From NCBI RefSeq assembly GCF_001194135.2, contig NC_068990.1:92800262-92864261 (forward strand): DNA of 64,000 nucleotides. Direction: 5' to 3'. Position 1 is the first letter of the stretch; every line of letters begins with the position of its first letter. Made by a program: the position numbers and the translations under genes. This document shows, one piece after another, positions 36,601 through 49,800 of the stretch. The notes below the pieces were generated by a model, which was given only the letters and a program-made list of their open reading frames with translations, made no database searches and was not told the origin of the DNA. Source of the stretch: Octopus bimaculoides (Eukaryota).

Positions 36601-39600
36601 GGAACATAAATTGTGACTAAGGTTTGGCGGAAGATTTTTATTCAGAACTAATGAAAGCAAGATATTTGTAATGCAGAGCCAGAACCGATTTCAGCCGGGT
36701 TGGTAATGAAAGGGTTAAAATAACATGAAAGTAATGGAGCATGTATGGCCCTGGTCAATCAATCTACTGACCCCATCTTCCACAGCTCACATAAAAAATA
36801 TTTTAACATGATGTAACGAATGTAATTAAGGCAGTGAGCTGGCAGAACCGTTAGCATGCTGAGCAAACTGGTTAGTGACATTTCTTAGGTTCTGGGTTCA
36901 AATGTTACCAGGGTTGGCTCTGCCCTTCATGCTTTTGGGGGTCAATGAAAATGAGTAACAGTTGAGTACTGGGGTCAATTTAATCAACTGAGCACCTCCC
37001 ATGAAATTGCTGGCCTTGTGCCAAAATTAATACCGCCAAGGTCGACTTTGCCTTTCATCCTTTTGGGGGTTGATTAAATAAGTACCAGTTATGGACTGGG
37101 GTCGACGTAATCGACTTAATCGCTTTGTCTGTCCATGTTTGTCCCCACTATGTTTAGCCCCCTGTGGGCAATAAAGAAACAAATATGTATAAGAGATTGT
37201 GTTGCTGGTGGCAATCAAAGAAACGTACTAAATAAAAAAAAGAAAACAATCAGAGTTAATTTTGTGGTGATGGGATATGTTTAAAAGGTGCTTAATGGAA
37301 AAGGTGTGCAATATGAAATAACACATAAACAGCCAGCCTTACCTGTGAATTGTCGTCTGTCTGTTCCTTAGGAACACTATGAACAACAACATGTTCAACA
37401 AAAAGCAGGAGGAGGCAGGAGAGGTGTCTACCCTGACTGATGATTCTGGAAAGTTCTTTAAATAGCATGATACGTCGATGTGCTGGAATATGAGGGAAGG
37501 CATCGACAAAAACTTTCAGAACCATTGGTATAACATCATCAACAGTTCCAACATCGGCATTTTGGTATTTGGCACGTTCTTCACAGGCCTAAACAGAAGA
37601 ATACAAGAGAAAATAAAGATTTATAACATAATTAGAAAGCCATGCCATTTATGGGGAGAAACAATGGATATATCAATCCAGAACTTGATGAGTGGATAAA
37701 ATCATCATCATTGTTTAATGTCTGACTTCCATACTAGCATGGGTTGGACACAGCAGCTGCACCATGCTCCAATCTGATCTGGCAACGTTTCTACAGCTAG
37801 ATGCCCTTCCTAATGCCAACCACTCCAAGAGTGTAGTGGGTACTTTTTACATGCCACTGGCACAGGAGCCAGTGAGGGGGCACTGGCATCGACCACAAAT
37901 AAAAAAAAAAATACCCAGATCAGTGAGTGTGGACTAAGAATGCAAAGTAACCTGACTAAATACTGCATGACATTCTGACTGTTTCTCTACTGATTCTAAG
38001 GACAAGGCTGCAGAATGTGGACACAATTTTTGCAGGAATGCATGTGAAACAAGGGATTACATGTTTGTGGCAGCTGCAATAAAATAATCAACAACAACAT
38101 AATAATAATAATTGTCAAAGTTCAGACTTACCGCTAACAAAGCTGGAATGACTGTTTCCAATGTCCGATATATCATACTGAAGCTGTATGTGTCATCTTG
38201 TCTCACCATTGTGCCACCAACAAATGTGAACACTGCCATTACGTTGTGCAACAACATCTCCTGCAAACAATAAAAACAAGATTCAATAATTGTGTCCCAA
38301 TATATATAAATACACACACACACACACACAACATTTAACCAAATATCTCAGATCTAAAGAGCATCTTTTAGTACTCTCTGGAAGAATTAAAAAGCTGTCC
38401 CTATTCAGTTTCAGGTTTTATTCAGTTGCTGCCCTTACAGTAGTTTGCAGAGTTGGCAACTTCTCCATTCATTATGCGCACACACACACACACACACAGA
38501 CAGACAGAGACAAGGCCTTACCGGATCTATTTTAGCAGCAACAGTAAGCAGTAACAGTGCATGGTGATGGGTCTGTGGACTGCTGGATGTGCGAATACAT
38601 TTAACTATAAGTTCCATGTCAAACTTTTGTGTTTGAAGAATTGCTGAAAAATAAAAGAAAACCATTAACATGAGCTACACAGAAGAGCACCATGGAGACT
38701 AACTGGAAAATGTAAGTGGTAGCTCTGGGTGAGAAAACCATGTGGTGAGGAACTGTGAAGGGTGTAAACAATGTACAACTATACAGGGAAACTGGTGAAT
38801 AAAATGAAATGAGCTGAAGATATATATATATAAATGAAATGAAATGCATATAAATAATAAATATATATGTTGAAGGAATCCGGGGTAGAGGGAGACCCAG
38901 GAAGACATGGGATGAGGTAATGAAGCATGACCTTCAAATGTTGAGCCTTCACGAAGGCAATGACGAAAGACCGAGACCTCTGAAGATATGCTGTGACTGC
39001 GATGACCCAACAAATAAAGTGAGTTCATGGTTGTATCCTACATCAGTTTCGCATAACCAGCCCACTCAAAAGTACCTTGGATCGTAGGGCGACCTGCTGT
39101 GCTTGAGGAGACCCATTGAGTCAAGTATATCAACATCAAAATGAAAATCAAATGGAAATTGTAGTTGTGATACCCATGCCAGTGGCATGTAAAAAGCACC
39201 AACCGATCGTGGCCATTGCCAGCCTCCTGGCCCCTGTGCTGGTGGCATGTAAAAAGCACCCACTACACTCATGGAGTGGTTGGTGTTAGGAAAGGCATCC
39301 AGCTGTAGAAACACTGCCAGATCAGACTGGGGCCTGGTGCAGCCTCCTGGCTTCCCAGACCCCAGTCAAACCGTCCAACCCATGCCAGCATGGAAAACGG
39401 ACGTTAAACAACGATGATGATGATGATGATGATGATGCATATATGAGTACAGGATGTCACCAACTGTAAACAACATGAAGTACGAAAACAAGTGAGTGAA
39501 ATAGGCAAACAACAAGAGAGAAACAAAACAATGAAAACAGGACAAGTAACACAAAAAAACGAATTAACCAGTGAAGTTAATTAGAGGTGAAAATGTAGGT

Positions 39601-42600
39601 GATAAAATAGAAAATGATGAATCAGTAAAAATAGTGTCTTACCAAGCTGGTCTGGATTATTGATCATATGATTTGAGATGTTGCAGATACAAGACAACAG
39701 TAACTGCTTCAGATATTCAGCAGAGTTATTCTCTTCCAATTCCAGAACTCTATATCAAAGTGAGAGATAAGGAGTAACAGTTACATACAGATGGATGTAT
39801 GTGTATGTTTAGAACACATATTGTACACTAATATGCATAATATATATATATAATGGTTTTCTGATTAGCATGACATAATATTCGTGATAAGTTTTTAAAT
39901 GAGTTAAATTTGATTTAAGGTAAATCACATTTGGTAGCGTTTATCTTAATGAAACAGCTGTTGAGCATAATCCAAGTATGAACTATATGCAAAATTTATG
40001 TCTCTTTCTCTCTTTCCACACCACACAAATGTATATATATATAAATAAATCATTGTTTTAACAAAAAGTTTTCTATGCTTGCAGAGGCCAGGTGTAATTC
40101 ATTGAGACAGATTTTCTATGGATAGATGCCCTGCTGGTTAACAACCTTCAACTATTTTCAAGCAAAAAAGAGCATAAATTGTAAGACAGAGAGATAACAA
40201 GGTTACAATATGGGTGGAGGGTCTGCTGTTCATTTTTTGTCTTATATCAGTGCTTATGTTGTTGTCATCATCTTCATCATTTTAATGTCCAGTTTTCCCG
40301 AAGGGTGACAGGAAGTTAAACCCAAGACATAAATAGAACAATTCTCACCTGGATAACAGTTTGAAACAAATGGGTAAAAGAATCTGTGGTTCCCGTAGTT
40401 TCTTCTTGTTCTGAAGGATCTCAAGAACCACAATAACACGCTGCCACGACAGACTATCAAGTTGGTTAGCTTCAGTTTCACCAGTCAACCTTAACAACAA
40501 GAAAATATTACAGACATCACACAGTGAAGAAACAGCCATAAAAATAAACAGAACATGAGCTGCCAGAAGAAGGATGGCAGTATGTTATTAAGGTAACAGA
40601 ATTATTGTTGCTATATCTACCCTGATCCTTTAAGACAACTGACCCCTCTCATTAGCAATCTTCTACACATCTTGTCTTTCAGCGTTAAATCTTTCCCCTT
40701 CATAGTTTAAGTCCATGTAATAAGTTGCAAGCCCAGTTTATTAGGTAAAATCAACTGTAAAATAGTGCAACTTGTACAAACACACACACAAAACTCATGC
40801 ACAGAAATATACTTACATTTGGAGCCGTTTGTTTTCAAATACTGTATTGCGGACAGGGTGAGATTGAAATATGTCAAGTTCATTCAATAGATAGGAAGAC
40901 TTTATTGAAAACTGATCAAAATAAAACAGAAACAATATTACAACAACAATAAGAAGTATTACTACTACTTAAAAACAAAAAAAAAAAATTAGTGACATTA
41001 GTGAGATTATATGATGATGGCTGTTGGTCAGGTGGACAAAGAGACTTTAGTCTAAATGGCACAATGTTTACCAGGTTGAGTCAAAAGACACATGGCACAA
41101 TCCATTGCCCTTCATTTGAGTTACCTCTTGGGAGTTACTTGGTAATCTTACTGGTGTTAGTGCTACAGAAAAAAAGCACCCAAAACACTCTGTAAAGTGG
41201 TTGGCATTAAAAAGGGAATCCAACCATAAAAACCAGGTCAGAGCAGACATTGGAGCCTGGCACAGTACTCTAGTTTGTTGCGAGCTCCTGGTGGATTGCT
41301 CAACCCATGTCTGCATGGATAACAGACGTTAAATAATGACGGCACAGTCTACTCAGCTGCAAATGGATACCCTCCCTCTCTCTTATCCAAGTTGCAGTCA
41401 AATCCTGATATGAATTATTGCCATCTTGAAGGATGATGCTAAACTCAAATTTTGATAGTAATAAGTGAATTAACGACCAGTCTTTTCCTGGACAGATTGC
41501 CAAACACTGGTGGACGATTACCGTCACCCTTAAACACCTGGTACCTATTTTCCAACCAAGATAAAAGTGAAGTATGAATGCTTTTGGATAATGTCAGATG
41601 AAGCAAGGAGCAGCACCCATCACTTCTGCTGCCCCACCCACAGCAAGTCAATGGCTGATGATTAGTTTGAACTTCTGGAGGCTAATGACTAGAAAATTTC
41701 AAAGGGTTGAAGTTGTAAAGAGGGACAGAGGATGAATTGGGAAATGCTTAGTCCAGGGTTTTGTTGAGAGGAAGAGATAGGCATATTAAGTGGCCTGGTG
41801 GAGGAGGGTTGCCGATAGCTAGTTCAGAAGAACAGAGGCTGTTGTAGTAGTAGTGGTAGAAGAAACAGGGAGAAGACACAGCGAGTGTGTGAGACAGTGG
41901 TTGGTGTTAGTTGATCAGTGAATTACTGCAGAGACAGTGGTTGTAGTTTGTTGGTAAGTCCTTGGTGGTGCCCCACTACAACACCACACAGCTGACGTGA
42001 TGTGTTCCAGTACAAAGTGCAAAATAAATAAATGAAGGAAAATAACTTACATGTTTCAGAAGCTTACGAATCAATTCAGGTGTCCCAACAAAATCAGATT
42101 CAACAAGTGCTGTGAACAGGTGAGACATTAACTGTTGTTGACTGTCATCATTTGGTAAACTCAGGTAAAACTCTTTGTTAATCTGTAGTAAAGAGTATAA
42201 TATATGGTTTGTTCATCACTAATTCATTAGTCTTGAATGGCACAACAATGCAGAGAGGATTATAATAACTGTTATAACTTAATTAACTGATATAATATTT
42301 CGGAATATAAAAATTCCTTCTTCAGATATCCCTAGGAATTGATCAAGTCACTACTATAATCGGCTTTCCAATGGTTACTGAATATTTTTTTTTTCTGGAA
42401 GTGTCTCTGAGGTGGTCACATGAAGCTCCTTCAGAATTCCTCGTGTGCAGTGCATGAGGGTAGCCATGTCTCAAGCTCGTGTGTGTTGGTACATCCACAG
42501 TGGTACTTTTAAGTTATGTATTATACGTGCTGAGGAGCGGAATCATTACTACCCTCATTTAACATTTGTTTTCCATGCTGGCATGGGTTGAATGGTTTGA

Positions 42601-43052
42601 CAGGAGCTGGCAAGCTAGAAGTCTACACCATAGTCTACTGTCTGCTTTGGCATGGTTTCTAGGGCTGGAGGGGCCATTCCTAAAGCCAACCGATTTACAG
42701 AGAATGAAATTATGATTTGTTCATGACATTTTTGTTCCTTCTCTTTCCTAAATATGTTGCTCTGAACAACTGTTTGGGCCAATCTTAATATATTTACAAC
42801 TTTATTCCAGTTATGAATATTGCACTGTAATAATATAATGGAGTTTCACAATATGTTAATAACTGATCGCTTAAATACTGTGAATGTATTTTATTTAAAC
42901 ACTGATTCGATATTTTAAACAAACACAGAGACGCTGATCAAACTGTCCAATCCATGCCAGCATGGACAATGGATGTTGAAAGAGGTTGAGCATGATGATG
43001 ATTAATACAGTTTTTATGAAAAGCTTGGTAAGTAGCACTTTACTGATTGTAG

Positions 43053-43083
<31 letters not shown>

Positions 43084-43799
43084 CACTGAAAGATGTGTAG
43101 TTTGTAGTCTAATTGTCCATACAAATGGTGTTTTATGGTTATTTCTAAAATTTGAATTTTAATGACAATGTTGAAGGCAGAAAATAATATAAACACTGAA
43201 AGTACCAATCCAAGAATATGGTAATGTAATAACATAGAAAACAAATGAAAAGAAGATACATTGCAGATGGCGCTTTAAAGGTGCTGCACGAAACTATTTT
43301 AAGATCAAATATAAAACTATTTTAATGTTCTTTACCAATTTAATAGCGAATTCCTGAATTTCTAATTGCTGCTTCTGGTTGGCACAATTTTTGAGACTAA
43401 TGACTTTACCAAACAATTTGAAAGCTTGTGAGTCGACTGTTAGGTATGAAGCAATCTCTGCACTGTAACGTAATAAGAGCAGGTTCAGGGAATCGTGCTG
43501 GCATTGAGTAAGGGACTTGGTTTTTAGCATGTCCAGCAAACGACTCAGTAATGGTATCAACTGAGACATCAGTTCCTGTAATGAGTAAAAGACACGAAGA
43601 ACAGAACAGATTAGACATACATGTGTTGTGACATAGGGTTCAATACAAAAAGAGAGAGAGAGACAGGTGAGGGAACAACAAACAAGGTGTGTTAGCTTCA
43701 CACTCAGGAAGTATGGAAGAGTCTTTGCTGTTTTGAAGAGTCTATGGCTCTTCTACAGAAAGGAATGAGGAAAGAAAATGGAGAGAGGGGGGAAAAACA

Positions 43800-43843
<44 letters not shown>

Positions 43844-46800
43844 AAATAGTAAATGAGTATATGCATATATACGTACAGGTATGTGCATACCGACATCCAC
43901 CTGTATGTATAGGTGCATATCTGGGTACAGGACATTGCAAACAAACGTAGACGAGAACACACGAGCCACATAGAGAACATCTCCTTGATCAGCCACCCAC
44001 GTTTTAACACCGGCGTTTCGACGAGATGAAAAAATGTATGGTAAAAAAACAAATGAGAGACAAACCGAAGGTCTGTAATTCTTCATCAGTTATCGACCGA
44101 ATGGTGATACTCAGTTTTGCACCTTTAACGATAAGACTGAGTGTTTCCCATTTGGTTGATAACTGATGAAGAATTAGGCAACTTCTGTCTTTGTCTCCCA
44201 TCCAGGTAGGTTAATGGAGAAACTAGTGTTTGTACATGGAAGATGAACAGATGCCATATAGACCAAGGAATTGATTCTCTCAAATGCCCCAAACCAATAT
44301 ATTACAGAGAGATTTTGATCAGTCTTGTAAAGACGAATGGTAAAGTTAATTCTGGTGGAATTTGAACTCAAAACATAGGGAGACTGTTAAACATTTAATA
44401 TGACATTCTAATATTCCACATATTTCACTACGCTTGATGAAATTGGTTGTGAATGTATTTCCAAATGTAAGTGTTCATGAGACATCAAAATGGAGGAGCT
44501 GCTGGGTGGAAGAAATGGAGCGAGAGGAAAAGTAAGAGGTGAACTAATGAAACAAGATGACATTGATGAAATATATCTTATTTATTTGTATGTCATAGCT
44601 GTCACTCGTTAATACCATAGTCGAACCATCCAACCCATGCCAGCATGGAAAACAGACGTTAAACGATAATGATGATGATGACAAAGATAAGGATGATCAT
44701 AGGCTTGCTCTACAAAGGCTGGCTTGGGGTTATAAGCAACAACAACAACATACCATATTATTGAATTCCTTGAAGGCCTCCAGCATTGACTTGATTATAT
44801 AGAACGGAGTGGTTTCCATAATCATCACATTGAAGATGTCTTGTACTGTCCGTTTTCTGGAGGAGCTGTCTATGTCTCTCATGGAACTATCAGAATCATA
44901 GTTTGATTCATAATTCATCACTTGTCCAATCAACTGAAGAAAGAAAGAAAGAGAAAATATTTAATAACGGAGCTGTATCCTTCCTTCTGTAGATTTGACA
45001 ATCTGCTTGCTGTCAATCGTAAACACACTCTTCATTCCTCCTTTAACCATATTCCCCTTGGAATATAATGTTTTTCTTTTAATGAATTTTGAAATTAATG
45101 AAGAATTTAGTAAAATAACTGACTACTAAGCTGATGTTTGGAGCACTAATACCAAATTGTTTTTATCAAAAACAGCAATGATGGCCATAGTAAATGTTTC
45201 TGGTGAAAGCCCCGAATTCAAAGAAATGGCTTGTTTATATATCTGCAACAATATCCTCAGTCTATCCTGCCAAAAAACTGGAAAATTGTTGGAGTCAGAT
45301 TCTTATCTGGACATCAAAATCTGACTGAATCTCTTCAGACTTATTATCAGTTTGTGTTTTGTGAATTAGAAGAAAATGGAATTCAAGGGAAGAATACAGA
45401 AGATAAAGTGATTCAAATGAGCCTCAAAGATGTAGAGCAATCGTCTGAACATTGTATAAAAGCACTTCAATATCTTCTGTCAGGTTCTTGGAGGTTTAAT
45501 GTCTATATTGAATCCATTGAGGAGTTTCATATGATTTCTAAATTTCAGATGACTTAAATGATTGTCTAAAATAAGCATCGGTGTGTACCCAGCATTTACC
45601 TTCTTGGTCAAAAACCTTAAATTGTTCTCAGATCAGACAGGCCATTAGGAGTTAATTTCAGCAAATATCGAGGCTTATCAAAAGCAACATTTGCTTACAA
45701 TTAAAGATGAGCTGATGCTTCTGACATTATTATAATTTGTGTAAGGCAGTGAGCTGGCAGAAACAGTAGCACGCTGGGTGAAATGCTGAGCGGTATTTCG
45801 TTTGTCTTTACGTTCTGAGTTCAAATTCCGCTGAGGTTGAATTTGCCTTTCATCCCTTTGGGGTTAATAAATTAAGTACTGGTTGCATACTGGGATTGAT
45901 CTAATCAACTGCCCACCTCCCACAAAGTTTCGGGTCTTGTGCCTAGAGTCGAAAAGATTATTATAATTCGTGTGTAGTAAGATGTGAATGCCCATAAAAT
46001 GAATAGGAATTTGTATGCAAGTGTAATAATGTGTATGCTTATAGCAGTATGCTTCTGTGTAGCAATGTGTATATGTATACAAGTGTTTGTGTGTCTGCAT
46101 GTAGCTGTAAAGTGAAGTGTATGGGAATGTATGCTCGTCTATATGTGGATGTATTTATAGTGTTTAGTAATATCACAATGTAGTGTATAAGAGTCCATGT
46201 GGATTGCAGGAATGCGCAGGCCTACATTCCAGCTGTAACTTACTCTTGGGAGATCCTCGTATGACTCAATGGTGTCCAGGTCAGCAATCAGTTTCTTCAA
46301 AAAATAATGGTAAGGAAGAGTTTTTCTGTGACCCTTTGGATACACCACTGGCATACAACTGGCAGCAGCTTTCCTGATCATTGACTTCTTGCTGCCAAGT
46401 GCAGCGATCATGCTTACCATAACTAGAATGAGGTAAAATAGAATCAGTGAGTGAGTTTCAAGACAAATCAGATAGAGAGAAATGTTCCAGACAACAAAGG
46501 TAGAATGACAAATAGATACCAGGGAGAAGAACAACATATTACAGCAGGTAATCGAGATATATATATATATATATAAAATCATCATTTAACGTCCGTAGTC
46601 CATGCTGGCATGGGTTGGACGGTTTGACTGGGGCTGGACAGCTGGACGGCTGCACCAGACTCCAGTTCTGATTTGGCAGGGTTTTCTACGGCTGGATGCC
46701 CTTCCTAATGCCAACCACTCCAAGAGTGTAATGAGTACTTTTATGTGCCACCAGCATAGGTGCCAATTTGCGTGACACCGGTATTTGCTACGATTGCGAT

Positions 46801-49800
46801 TTTACTTGGCTTAATGGGTCTTCATCTCAAGCATGACATAATGTCAAAGGTCTTGGTCATCACCTCCGTGAGGCCTAACACTTGAAAGGAACTCAGCCAC
46901 TTTCCCTCTGTGAGGCCAACACTCGAAAGGAGACCTGTGGTTAATTGCGTAGGTATATCATATATATATATATATACATATATCCCTTCTCTCTGTTAGA
47001 TGGCACAAGCACTTACATATATGTCTACACACACACACATTTCATAGATGTCTTTAATACTGCAGGTATAAATACTATAAAATATCCACATCTTATAGAT
47101 GTGGCTAATTGTGCCTTCCATTCAAATGTAGTTGACTTGGGCTAAGCAACAACTGCAACCACCAATATTAACTACAATAATTTTCACCACCAAATCTAAC
47201 AATGACAGCTATCAATACCAACTACTTCAGCCATCTTTACTAAATACCAAACCTGGGCACGAAACCATTAATTGTTAATTAATGAAGTTAACATTTTGTT
47301 TAACAATTTAACTTTAGAAATCATTATCAGAGTAATTCATTTCTGTTACATTTAACATCCATCAACTTCAATTCAATTCTAGGGAAAGGGCCAGTTGATT
47401 AGATCGACCCCAGTATGCAGCTGGTACTTAATTTATCAACCTCGAAAGGATGAAAGGCAAAGTCGACCTCAGTGGAATTTGAACTCAGAATGTAAAGACA
47501 GACGAAATACTGCTAAGCATTTCGCCTGGCATGCTAACATTTCTGCTAGCTCGCCACTTTGTGATGTCTGAAATATTGAGAAAGTGAAGTGTTTCTACGA
47601 ACCTGGTACAGGAGACAACATCCACTTGTGGACATAGTTCGGATCAACAGATTTAATCCATATGTAGCCCGTCTTTAGAGCAGAAATTTGCTGCTGGCTT
47701 ATGATGTGGGCAGCAGATCGTTGCTGCATGTCTGCTGTCCACAAGAAACACAAGAATTTATCAAATACATCATATTTGACCAATTCCTGAAAACAAAGAT
47801 TAAAAAAAAATGTAAGTCAATAAAGTATTTATTTTATGGACAGAAATGAAATAAAGTAGAATCATAAGATATATTTTATCAGTGAGTGATGAATTCAACT
47901 TGAGATGAGAGAACAGGAGGTTGTGATGTTCATCATCATCATCATTCTAATGTCCAGTCTTCCATGCTGGCAATGGGTCAGATGGAATTCAGCGAGACAG
48001 ATTTTCTACAATTGAATGTCTTTCTTGTTGCCAACCCTCATCTGTTTCCAAGTTGATATTCCCCTCTGACCAGATATATTTTCATGGACGATGGAAATAC
48101 AAGACTCTGCTCGTGTGATGGTGACATTCACTCACAGCTATCATGTTTCTACGTTTTATGACGTCACAGCTGTCACTCGTTAATACCATAGTTGTCTCAA
48201 CACTTATGATTTCACACCTGCTTTATATTTTACAATGCTTAAGCCAGAGCCAACACCATATTTTATAATAGTATGTCACAGCGGTGCTAACAGTCTGAGA
48301 TCATATTTATACAGAAATGTAATGTATATATTAGAGGAGAATTAAGAAAAACCAAAAGAAGCAATCTACAAATCGTATTCTTTTGTGTTGTCATGAGACT
48401 GTGATGTAGTTGAAAGGGCAGCAGCAGGCAAACCATTTTGAATACACAAACACAGATGATAATACTTACCCCAAAAAAGACATTGACCAAATTTGATTCT
48501 GAAGCTTTAAATTTCTTGTATTTCTCTGTGTATTTTACCAAAAGTCCAAACAATTGAATGATCAGTTGTATACAAGTATCATGGACACCGTTGTTGTTGT
48601 AGTACTCCCAAAATATGGTACCTAAAACAACAGAATTGAGACACGAAACCATTAATGCTCCAAGTGAGATATCACAAACAGACCGACGGAAGTCCTGAGG
48701 TGTGACAATGACCAGATAAGATGGACAGACAATGGAATGGGATGAGGGGCACACGGAAATATATATATACTAGTAAATACACCTGACCTTTGGGTGGCTT
48801 AAGTTGCTTATTATTATTGCGGTAAAGAGCTAACAGAATTGTTAGAGCATCAGACCAAATGCTTTGTACTGTTTGTTCTTCCAACCTATTACATTCTGAG
48901 TTCAAATTCCACTGCAGTTGACCTTGCTTTTCGCTAATTTTCAACTGATTATAATAATAATCCCTTCTACTATAGGTATGAGGCCTGAAATTTTGGGGGA
49001 GGGAGAGAGTCGATTACATCGACCCCAGTGTGTAAATAGTACTTAATTTATCAACCCCGAAAAGATGAAAGGCAAAGTCAACCTCAGTGGAATTTGAACT
49101 CAGAATGTAGTGAGCGTGCTAACGATTTTGCCAGCTTGGCACCTTAATAATGATAATAATAATGCCCCAGGTGTTGGGAAGACACTTGGCAGGAAATGGG
49201 AACAAAATTGAAAGCAGAAAATAACGAAGACAATAATAATAATAATGATAATAATAATCGGTAGGAATTATGTGGGTAGCAGGTTAGTGCCTGTAACCTT
49301 AGGTATCCATACTGTCTTTCAAGTGCTTATCAAGAGAGTTCCAAGGTTACAGGTAGTAACCTGGTACCCACATAAATCCTACCAGGAATAAGACTGAACC
49401 GGAGCCAAACCAAAATATTAATAATATTAGTTTCAAATTTCAGCACAAGGCCAGCAATTTTGGAATAGGGGATATTGATTACATTGACCTCAACACTCAA
49501 CTGGTTCTTATTTTATTGATTCTAGAAGGATCTAAACTCAAATATTTAAGATCAATATTATCAAATATAAAAAGTGAGAAACCAGGTATTTTTGTACCTT
49601 AATAATAATTACCTTTTGTTAAGGAATCGACTATTGCCAGAGAATCAATGAATTTTTCCAAAAATACTGCACAATGTCTGACCTGTGCATCTTTGTCCAT
49701 GCCAACTGAACCTTGCTTCAAGACGATTTCTTCATGAAATGGTATCTTTCCAGCAATTTGTTTCTGAAAGAAGAGGAAAAGCATCAAGAATTTCAAAATA

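Noticed and set aside
40817-40841. 25-nt micro-exon
   Set aside because: The frame extends to a proper acceptor at 40912, giving a 95-nt exon whose phase fits exon 21.
48785-48890. ORF segment QSIWSDALTILLALYR as a missing HEATR1 exon
   Set aside because: It is the reverse complement of a tRNA-SINE copy; exons 15 and 16 join in phase without it.
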